From an uncultured Deferribacteres bacterium (GTDB lineage: Bacteria > Zhuqueibacterota > Zhuqueibacteria > Zhuqueibacterales > Geothermadaptataceae): a stretch of 53,444 nucleotides of DNA. The stretch spans positions 1 through 53,444 of the forward strand of contig CAXHAT010000024.1 of assembly GCA_964014485.1 (NCBI GenBank), in the 5' to 3' direction. Below, piece by piece: positions 46,082 through 53,444 of this stretch (position 1 is its first letter; the number at the start of each line of letters is the position of its first letter). The notes below the pieces were generated by a model. It was given only the letters and a program-made list of their open reading frames with translations, had not been told where the DNA came from and ran no database searches. Made by a program: the position numbers and the translations under genes.

Positions 46082-47032
46082 TTATTTGGATTGTGGAAGA
46101 TATGGCCCGCGTACATTTTTAAGGCTGTCTGCGCAACCTCGCCAAAGCGCCTTAATTTTGGGCAAGGCGTTCTTCGGCGCGGAAAGGAACACGACGACGA
46201 TACGCAGAACAGTATAAATTAGAATATGCAGGCATGTAAGCCAAAGTTTATAGAACCGTCCGCCGCATTGCTGCAGAACGTAGTATCGATTTCGGGTTTG
46301 AAAATAGAGGTACGCTGCCGTTGGCCCGCCGCTGCCGTCAGAAGCGCCGACCTGGTGCAGCGCTTCCACTGCCGGGCAAAACGTCGGCGTAAATCCCGTC
46401 TCCTGTGCACGCAGGCAGAAATCAGCATCTTCAAAATATAGAAACAATGACATATCAAAAAGGCCGCATTTCTCAAAAACTTTGCGATCAATGAGCATCA
46501 TCGCGCCGGTGATGTAGTCTATACCGCCTTCTGCCAAGCGCGTTGGAGAATTCCTTCGTTTTTTATATCCGACATGCATCGTTCGTCCAAGCCACTTGTG
46601 TACGCGCCCGCCGCCAAACCAGATTCGCTCTGGATCGTCGGCGTAAAAAATTGCGCCGCCCCAGAGTCCGGATTCGGGGCGCCTGCGAATTCCCGTTGCA
46701 AAATGTTTTAGCGCATTTTGGGCAAGAAAAAGATCGTTGTTGAGCAAAAGCAGGTAGTCCGCGCCATGTTTGAGCGCGTATTGAATCCCCAAATTCATGC
46801 CGCCCGCATAGCCCAGATTTTTGCCGCTGTGAATAATTTTGGCCGATTCTTTTGCGAACTCTGGCGTGACTTCCTCGCAGCCGGAATTATCGACAAGTAC
46901 GATCGTCAAATCCCAGTCTTGCGCATCGCAAGCGGTCAAGGCTTGCTGTGCTTTGGCGGTATTTTTTAGCGAACCGAAGTGTAAGATAACGGCAAAGAGT
47001 TTTGGCTTTTTCGCTGCTGCTGGATTTGTCAT
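46082..47032 (-). CDS. Glycosyltransferase family 2
   Basis: VDNSG, NLGYAGG.N.G, LLNND, TGA.ML, LYFED.D.C.R and Y...RNR. Confidence 0.9.
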   Translation of the reverse strand: MTNPAAAKKPKLFAVILHFGSLKNTAKAQQALTACDAQDWDLTIVLVDNSGCEEVTPEFAKESAKIIHSGKNLGYAGGMNLGIQYALKHGADYLLLLNNDLFLAQNALKHFATGIRRRPESGLWGGAIFYADDPERIWFGGGRVHKWLGRTMHVGYKKRRNSPTRLAEGGIDYITGAMMLIDRKVFEKCGLFDMSLFLYFEDADFCLRAQETGFTPTFCPAVEALHQVGASDGSGGPTAAYLYFQTRNRYYVLQQCGGRFYKLWLTCLHILIYTVLRIVVVFLSAPKNALPKIKALWRGCADSLKNVRGPYLPQSK

Positions 47033-48411
47033 GCTTGCTGGAGTGAAGTTGAAAACGCCGTTGTCGTTTTTTCAAGCAGGGCGGCGTAGAGACCGCAAAG
47101 CGTCCAGGCGGTGGGGTTGAACGAATCGAGCAGTGACGGCAAGATCATCATCAAGAAAACGAACGGGCCCAGCAAGATTGGCTGCAAGCTGCGTCGGCTG
47201 TTTTTCAGACGGGAATAAAGATTTTTCATGTAGATCAGGAACCAGAAAAGAAACACCGCGCTCCCAAGCAGGCCCAGACGATAAATCATTGAAATATACG
47301 GCAAATGGAATTGCGTGTACCAGTGGCGTTTTAGCCGCAAACGGCGCGTTAATGGATCCACTGGCTGCGGTTCAATAGCGCGCCACAGCGGGCCTAACCC
47401 GAAACCGGCGATGTAGGTGTACGGGCGTTCGTTTAGATTTTCAAACAGGTTTTCAAATTCGGCGATGCGCATGTCGCCGCTTTGCTGCTGGCCTAATTTG
47501 CTCCAAACATTCAACGTTTTTATTGAGGTGAACACGCCGGAAGTAAATCCCGGAATCAGAAGAGCAACCACCGCAAATCCGGCAATGGAAACGGCCAGGC
47601 TTTGCCCGGTTTTTTTGAAGACTTTCGGCAGCGTCCATAATTTCAAGGAATAGCCGAGAGCAACAGTCAGGAAAAGGCCGAGGGCGAGCAGTAAATAGTT
47701 AAATCGCCGTGTGCTGCACAAGATAAAAAACAACATCAGCGCAAAGCCCGGCCAATAGCGCTTTTTAAAAGAACGTCCTTGAAAAAACAGTGCTAAGAGA
47801 ATGAAAATCGGGGCGTAGAGCATGGCCATTTGATCGTAAAGAACAATCGGCAGCCCAAAAAACCAGAGTCCGCCAAAATCGCCTGCAAGCATCAAGAAGA
47901 GCCTGACAACGCCGTATGCGAGCAGACCTATCGTTAGCCAGTGTAAAAATCGCAGAACTAACAACAACTGGCTGCGACGTACGAGCGTGTTAATGCAAAT
48001 CAAGTAAATGAGAAAGAAATAAACCGGGGTCATGTAGGCGATAACAGGACGTTTTAAGCCGGTAATTCCGTACTTCAAAACGCCGCCGGAGCTGTGCAGC
48101 AAACCAATGACGAATGAAATTGTGATAAGCGCGAAGAAGGCGAAGATTCCGGTCGACGGGCCAAGATTGAGCACGCCGCGTCCGTGATAGACGTTTCGCG
48201 CGACGATCAGTGCAAGTGCGCCTAACAACAAAACTTCCCAGACGCTAACCAGCCCGCCCCAATGAAAATGGATGGAAATATTCTTTTCCGCCGGGCCTGT
48301 CTCTGTGGATATTTTTGTGTATGACGAAAAATAGAAAATCGTCAGTAAAAACAACAGAACCCAACATTCGCGGAAACGTCGCCAATTTAATCGGCGTAAT
48401 TTTGAGAGCAT
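47029..48411 (-). CDS. O-antigen ligase/polymerase (Wzy_C)-like membrane protein
   Basis: About 11 TM helices; S.RR, R..E, GFGLG and H..Y....YRLGLLG. Probable ATG at 48411. Confidence 0.7.
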   Translation of the reverse strand: MLSKLRRLNWRRFRECWVLLFLLTIFYFSSYTKISTETGPAEKNISIHFHWGGLVSVWEVLLLGALALIVARNVYHGRGVLNLGPSTGIFAFFALITISFVIGLLHSSGGVLKYGITGLKRPVIAYMTPVYFFLIYLICINTLVRRSQLLLVLRFLHWLTIGLLAYGVVRLFLMLAGDFGGLWFFGLPIVLYDQMAMLYAPIFILLALFFQGRSFKKRYWPGFALMLFFILCSTRRFNYLLLALGLFLTVALGYSLKLWTLPKVFKKTGQSLAVSIAGFAVVALLIPGFTSGVFTSIKTLNVWSKLGQQQSGDMRIAEFENLFENLNERPYTYIAGFGLGPLWRAIEPQPVDPLTRRLRLKRHWYTQFHLPYISMIYRLGLLGSAVFLFWFLIYMKNLYSRLKNSRRSLQPILLGPFVFLMMILPSLLDSFNPTAWTLCGLYAALLEKTTTAFSTSLQQA

Positions 48412-48609
48412 TTTGCAAGCAATGGTTGAAAAATTCAGGCGATATGATAGAGATAAATCGCCAAAGAGCAAAGTCTTTTTGGAAGGCGATCTTCCTGTAA
48501 TACGCTTATAAATTTTTATTGCGAATGAGTACAGAAATCTGTATAAAAACGGTTTGCAAAACTTGCACGACACGCAGACCAACAGGCATAAACTGGAGTT
48601 TCATTTTTA

Positions 48610-48969
48610 TTGGACGCTCATGAACTCGCGCGCAATGCAGCGAACGCCGCTTTAGATAAAAAAGCGGAAGACATCACCATTTTCGACCTCCGCGAGACAA
48701 GCAGCATCGCGGATTTTTTTGTTATTTGTACAGGACACACGGACATTCACGTTAAAGCGATTTACAAGGAAGTCCGTGAGCAGCTTCTTGAGATGGGAGC
48801 GCGTCCGTTTCACAAGGAAGGCGTGCCCCAGGGGCGCTGGATTTTGCTCGACTACTCCGACGTGATCATTCATATCTTTCAGCCGGAAGTGAGAGAATTT
48901 TACGGGTTGGAGAGATTATGGGGAGACGCTGAATCTGAAGTTATTAAGGACGAAGAAGTTGAAGCCTGA
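48610..48969 (+). CDS. rsfS: Ribosome silencing factor
   Basis: DKKAEDI..D, ADFFVICTG and EG....WILLDY.DVIIHIF....REFY.LERLWGDA. Confidence 0.95.
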   Translation: MDAHELARNAANAALDKKAEDITIFDLRETSSIADFFVICTGHTDIHVKAIYKEVREQLLEMGARPFHKEGVPQGRWILLDYSDVIIHIFQPEVREFYGLERLWGDAESEVIKDEEVEA

Positions 48970-50605
48970 AATTTACATCAAAGAAGAAATCGCGCAAGCA
49001 GCAAAGCGGGCTTTTGACATTACCGTTGACGTTCAGGTAGAGCAGCCGCGCCAAAAATCTTTTGGAGATTTTGCCACTACCCTCGCGCTTGGATTGGCAA
49101 AAACGCTGCGTAAGGCGCCGCGCCAAATTGCGGAAGGCATTGTCGGCGCGATTGAAGACGCTGAAAACGCTTTCGAAAAAATATCGATTGACGGTCCCGG
49201 CTTCATTAACATCACTTTGGCCAACCGTTATTGGCAAAGCGTCCCGAAGACTGTTTTTCAACTTGGCGAGGACTACGGCAATTCAGACTGGGGCGAGGAG
49301 AAACGTTGGCAGATTGAGTTTGTCAGCGCGAATCCGACCGGGCCGTTGAACGTGGTTAGTGCGCGGGCCGCGGCTGTTGGCGACGTTTTGGTGCGCTTGT
49401 TCAATAAAGTCGGTTTTGATGCTGCGGCTGAGTATTACATCAATGACGCCGGACGGCAAATTCGACTGCTTGGCGCATCGGTGAGCGCCCGCTACATGGC
49501 GTTGTACGGCAAGGACGAGCTTATGCCGGAAGACGGTTACCAGGGCGGATACATCGCCGACCTCGCTGAAGAAATTAAGGCGGAGGACGGCGACAAGTAC
49601 GTTGCTCTTTCCCTTGAAAATCGGCAAGAGCAGTTATCGCAGGCCGCGCTGGCGAAAATGATTGCACTGCACAAACAGGCCATGGCGACCTACCGCGTTG
49701 CGTATGATCGTTGGTACCATGAGAGCGATTTGCGCAACGGCGACTTGCACTTAGGCGTGCTCGAAAAATTGCAAAAAAGAGGATTCACCTACGAAAAAGA
49801 CGGCGCCGTCTGGTTCAAGTCGTCTGAATTTGGCGATGAAAAGGATCGCGTGCTGGTGACGAAGCAAGGCGAGCCGACTTATTTTCTGGTAGATATTGCG
49901 TACCACGAAGACAAATATCAGCGCGGCTTTGAGAAGCTTTTCGATTTGTGGGGCCCCGACCACCACGGCTACATTCCGCGCATGAGCGCAGCGCTGCAAG
50001 CATTGGGGTATGCCAAGGACAGCTTTGAAGTGCGCATTATCCAGCAGGTCAACATGTTGCGGGACGGCGAAACGATCAAAATGAGCAAGCGCGCCGGCAA
50101 CATCATCGAGATGGAGGAAGTGATCCAGGAAGTCGGGATAGACGTTGCGCGCTTCTTTTTTGTCATGCGCCGTCTGGACTCGCCCCTCGATTTTGACATC
50201 GATTTGGCCAAAAAAGAGACCGATGAAAATCCCGTTCGAAACGTGCAGTACGCCCACGCGCGGCTAGTAAACATTTTGCGATTCGCGGAAGAAAAAGGGC
50301 ACGCGCTCAATCGAGGCGCGGATTTGTCCGTGCTCAATGAAACGGAGGAAATCAGCCTGCTGAAAAAGATTGCCGATTATCCCGACGCCGTTAGCGGAGC
50401 CGCCAGAAATTTGGAGCCGCACCGGGTCACAAATTACATGATGGAATTGTCCGCCGCTTTGCATAGTTTTTACCAAAAACACCGCGTTGTGGATAATGAC
50501 GATGAGCGCTTAATCGCAGCCCGGCTTGTGCTGGTCGACGCCACGCGCGCCGTATTGAAAAATACGCTCGAATTGCTCCGCATTGATGCGCCGGAGCGGA
50601 TGTAA
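48959..50605 (+). CDS. argS: Arginine--tRNA ligase
   Basis: GDF, GPGFIN, EFVSANPTGPL, EYYINDAG.Q, WG.DHHGY, KMSKR.G, QYAHAR and APERM. Confidence 0.96.
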   Translation: MKPEIYIKEEIAQAAKRAFDITVDVQVEQPRQKSFGDFATTLALGLAKTLRKAPRQIAEGIVGAIEDAENAFEKISIDGPGFINITLANRYWQSVPKTVFQLGEDYGNSDWGEEKRWQIEFVSANPTGPLNVVSARAAAVGDVLVRLFNKVGFDAAAEYYINDAGRQIRLLGASVSARYMALYGKDELMPEDGYQGGYIADLAEEIKAEDGDKYVALSLENRQEQLSQAALAKMIALHKQAMATYRVAYDRWYHESDLRNGDLHLGVLEKLQKRGFTYEKDGAVWFKSSEFGDEKDRVLVTKQGEPTYFLVDIAYHEDKYQRGFEKLFDLWGPDHHGYIPRMSAALQALGYAKDSFEVRIIQQVNMLRDGETIKMSKRAGNIIEMEEVIQEVGIDVARFFFVMRRLDSPLDFDIDLAKKETDENPVRNVQYAHARLVNILRFAEEKGHALNRGADLSVLNETEEISLLKKIADYPDAVSGAARNLEPHRVTNYMMELSAALHSFYQKHRVVDNDDERLIAARLVLVDATRAVLKNTLELLRIDAPERM

Positions 50606-51399
50606 TGACAAATTCTTATGATTTCACTGAACGAAAAAGTAAGTTGTCAGTTGATTCTTTGACGGAGCAATTTATGACCGGAGTAGAATTAGTCAATGCC
50701 GCCAAGACTGCCAAAACTCTTTCAGCATTTGTTGAAGAAGGCGGATTTTCTACAGCACTAAGGGCTGTAGGTGATGCAAATATGAGAGCCGCTGAGAAAA
50801 TCATCTCTGAGCTCAATTCTTTTGCTAACACAAAAGATGCTATGAATCGGGCTTTGGGGCAACTTGAGGTTGCGCATGAAGCCTTTCGAGAGCGTTGGCT
50901 TTCCGATAAACTGTTCCAGATGTTCGGCACTGAACAGACTGCATTGAAGGATGTTTGGGTATGTTGTCTGATTGCCGTTTGTCATAAATATTTAAAAAAC
51001 AAATCGCTTGTGTCAAATATACTTCAGGAAGGACAAGAAGCTTTAAATCGGGTCTACGGTTCCAACATCTCCAATACACGCTACATTTTAGAACTTGCTA
51101 ACCCAAAGTTCTATTACGATAATTTTCGAGATAACTCGCAAATTAAAAGGATTAAGCAAAAAGAATTTGAAGAATTTTGCTGTCGAATAAGCTCTTCTGG
51201 AGGTAGATGGAAATTGATGTACCAACACGGTTCTGAATTAAACAATATTATTGGAAACAAGAGTTGGTATAAAAAACTTTTGCGCTCTCGAATTTTTCTT
51301 CCCGTCACTTTTATTATAGTTGCAGCGTTTGTGGTAGCATTGTTTTTGAATCCTGAGCTATTTAACAGCTTGATTACTTTAATAAATGATCGTTTTTGA
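50605..51399 (+). CDS. Hypothetical AT-rich protein with C-terminal TM anchor
   Basis: 264-aa ORF whose ATG overlaps the argS TAA; C-terminal IFLPVTFIIVAAFVVALFL. Confidence 0.6.
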   Translation: MTNSYDFTERKSKLSVDSLTEQFMTGVELVNAAKTAKTLSAFVEEGGFSTALRAVGDANMRAAEKIISELNSFANTKDAMNRALGQLEVAHEAFRERWLSDKLFQMFGTEQTALKDVWVCCLIAVCHKYLKNKSLVSNILQEGQEALNRVYGSNISNTRYILELANPKFYYDNFRDNSQIKRIKQKEFEEFCCRISSSGGRWKLMYQHGSELNNIIGNKSWYKKLLRSRIFLPVTFIIVAAFVVALFLNPELFNSLITLINDRF

Positions 51400-51500
51400 A
51401 AATTAATGTGTTGGAACGGTTTATAGGTTGATTTGGAAACAGGTGTAAAATTACAGTAAACTCACCCGCAGATTTAGAAAGCACGGGTATTCCTGATACG

Positions 51501-51526
51501 GGTTGGCGTTTTCGCCAGCCTTTTTT
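51501..51526 (+). terminator. Intrinsic terminator
   Basis: GGTTGGCG-tttt-CGCCAGCC-TTTTTT. Confidence 0.6.
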
Positions 51527-51627
51527 GCGTTATGCAGGGGGGAGTGCAATGGTTTATCATTGCATACAACGCTAAAGCGTTGTACTCCTGCCGTTATGAA
51601 AAACTGGAGACGACAACAGAGGCGAAA

Positions 51628-52539
51628 ATGGATTTATTAATAGTTGGCACCATTGGTTTTGATACGATTGAAACGCCTGTCGGCAGCTCTGAAAAAGCGC
51701 TTGGCGGCACGGCGCTTTTTGGTTCAGTCGCAGCAAGTTATTTTGGCAAGCCCGGCGTCGTGGCGACGGTTGGGACGGACTTCCCGGACGAGCACATCCA
51801 CTTTCTCAAACAGAAAAACGTCGGGCTCGACGGTTTGGTGCAAATGGAAGGCGAGAGCTTTCATTGGGGGGCCAAGTACCATAAAAACATGAACAAGCGC
51901 GACACGCTTTTTACGCACCTCAACGTTTTCGAACAGTTTTCTCCAGATATTCCCGACTCTTATCGCGACACGCCGAATCTGTTTCTGGGCAACATTAGCC
52001 CGGATTTGCAGCTTCATGTGCTGGATCAAGTCAAATCGCCGGAAATTGTCGCTCTTGATACGATGAATTATTGGATTGAAGGCACTCCGGAAGACCTGAG
52101 CCGCGTGCTGAAGAAGGTTGAGATTCTTCTGATCAATGATGAAGAAGCCATGCAACTGTCAGGCGCAGAGAATCTTGTTCAGGCGATCAAGGAAATTAAA
52201 AAAATGGGGCCAAGCACGGTGATCATCAAAAAAGGCGAGCACGGCGCTTTGCTGGCGTTTGAAGACGAGCTTTTTTATGCTCCCGCCTTCCCGCTCGAGA
52301 TCGTTTCCGATCCCACGGGCGCAGGGGATACTTTTGCTGGGGGATTTTTGGGATACCTTGCACAGGCTAAGAAATTAAACGCGAAAACGCTGCGGCGGGC
52401 TATGATTTACGGCAGCACGATGGCCAGCTTCGTGGTTGAGGATTTTTCCGTGAATCGTTTAAGAAATTTGTCCGCCGACGAAATTCAGCAGCGGTTCGAT
52501 GGATTCCATAGCTTAACTTTTTTCGAAAAAGAAGGATAA
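51628..52539 (+). CDS. PfkB family carbohydrate/nucleoside kinase
   Basis: VG...D.IETP, LGG, DTMNYWI, N..EA, KKGEHGA and DPTGAGDTFAGG. ATG at 51628. Confidence 0.92.
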   Translation: MDLLIVGTIGFDTIETPVGSSEKALGGTALFGSVAASYFGKPGVVATVGTDFPDEHIHFLKQKNVGLDGLVQMEGESFHWGAKYHKNMNKRDTLFTHLNVFEQFSPDIPDSYRDTPNLFLGNISPDLQLHVLDQVKSPEIVALDTMNYWIEGTPEDLSRVLKKVEILLINDEEAMQLSGAENLVQAIKEIKKMGPSTVIIKKGEHGALLAFEDELFYAPAFPLEIVSDPTGAGDTFAGGFLGYLAQAKKLNAKTLRRAMIYGSTMASFVVEDFSVNRLRNLSADEIQQRFDGFHSLTFFEKEG

Positions 52540-52959
52540 ATGGCTGTAAAATCGTTTTCGCTGAGCAAGGAAACGAAAGGCTTCAACGAGATGCACGACC
52601 TCACGGACGACGTTGCAAAATGCGTCCGTGAGAGCGGTTTGCGCGACGGGATTGTCACCGTTTTTGTGCCCGGCTCCACCGGAGGAATTACCACGATTGA
52701 ATTCGAACCCGGCTTGAAGCGCGACCTTCCCGAAGCGCTGAATAAAATTGCGCCAATCGGGCCAACATACCACCATGACGCGACCTGGCACGACGGCAAC
52801 GGATTCTCCCATGTCCGCGCCGCTTTGATCGGCCCTTCCCTCACCGTTCCCTTCCAAGATTCGACCCTCACTTTGGGCACGTGGCAGCAAATCATTCTGG
52901 TTGATTTTGACAACCGCCCGCGCTCTCGAAAAATAGTCGTCCAAGTCATGGGCGAATAA
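52540..52959 (+). CDS. yjbQ: YjbQ/UPF0047 family protein (secondary thiamine-phosphate synthase)
   Basis: GST.GITTIE.EPGL..D, YHHD....DGNG.SH.RA and LGTWQQI.LVDFD.RPR.R. Confidence 0.93.
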   Translation: MAVKSFSLSKETKGFNEMHDLTDDVAKCVRESGLRDGIVTVFVPGSTGGITTIEFEPGLKRDLPEALNKIAPIGPTYHHDATWHDGNGFSHVRAALIGPSLTVPFQDSTLTLGTWQQIILVDFDNRPRSRKIVVQVMGE

Positions 52960-53043
52960 GGCGTTTCGCTGCCGCTAAGCTTGCTTTTCAAATCACCTCC
53001 CGCTATTTTGCGCCGTTTTCTGAAACTATGAAGGAGACGGTCA

Positions 53044-53418
53044 GTGAATGCTACACTTTTAAAAGAGACAGACGGCGTCGAGGCCGCGGATGAGCTGATT
53101 GCTTTATACAAACATCTGCGCTTGCCGAGACTTATCGAAGAAAAAATGCTGCTGCTTTTGCGGCAAAGCAAAATTTCGAAATGGTTTTCCGGCATTGGGC
53201 AAGAGGGGATTGCCGTCGGCGCAGCTTACGCTTTAGAGAGAGATGATTTCATTTTGCCGATGCATCGAAATCTGGGCGTTTTCACCACGCGCGGGATTCC
53301 GTTGTCGAAACTCTTTCGCCAGCTCATGGGAAAGGAAGGCGGGTTCACCAAGGGGCGGGATCGAACATTTCATTTTGGCTCGCTGGAGTACAAAATCGTT
53401 GGAATGATTTCTCATCTC
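53044..53418 (+). CDS. 2-oxoacid dehydrogenase E1 alpha (or alpha/beta fusion), 3'-truncated
   Basis: Not in the ORF track. GTG at 53044 follows AAGGAG and translates to ...PRLIEEKMLLLLRQSKISKWFSGIGQE...LPMHRNLGVF...GFTKGRDRTFHFG...GMISHL. Confidence 0.88.
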
Positions 53419-53444
53419 CTGTCTCTTATACACATCTCCGAGCC
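53419..53444 (+). other. Nextera/Tn5 mosaic-end sequencing adapter (artefact)
   Basis: CTGTCTCTTATACACATCT followed by CCGAGCC at the contig end. Confidence 0.97.

Noticed and set aside
52485..53195. 236-aa - strand ORF
   Set aside because: It is antisense to yjbQ and the E1 gene and has no recognisable domain.
53419..53437. Tn5/IS50 end suggesting a transposon insertion
   Set aside because: It is the synthetic mosaic end followed by Nextera adapter bases at the contig terminus.

Overview
A 53.4-kb gene-dense bacterial contig fragment. The gene content (FlgD-Ig/T9SS-like C-terminal sorting domains, GWxTD proteins, ASPIC/UnbV and fused E1-type dehydrogenase) resembles Calditrichota/KSB1/Ignavibacteria-like FCB bacteria; this assignment is an inference. 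It carries housekeeping genes (dnaE, fabH, argS, rsfS, mog/moaB, phhB, yjbQ, a PfkB kinase and an SDR threonine dehydrogenase) mixed with many cell-envelope or secreted proteins. No rRNA, tRNA, CRISPR array, transposase, integrase or prophage was recognised. The most unusual observations are: (1) palindromic elements inserted in frame in the N-terminus of an ASPIC/UnbV lipoprotein that is paired with a membrane pentaheme cytochrome c-TPR protein; (2) two or three families of dispersed non-autonomous palindromic repeats; (3) a tandem double-YjbQ protein; (4) a DUF151 bifunctional-nuclease domain with a lipoprotein signal and a PDZ domain; (5) an apparently catalytically dead NERD protein coupled to a LytR_C membrane protein; (6) tandem ~1000-aa GWxTD-variant paralogs; (7) a duplicated YtrA/GntR regulator pair with a visible operator; and (8) an ArgRS whose HIGH motif reads NVVS. 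The last 26 nt are a Nextera adapter, which is an assembly artefact. No single complete novel system can be proven from the sequence alone.
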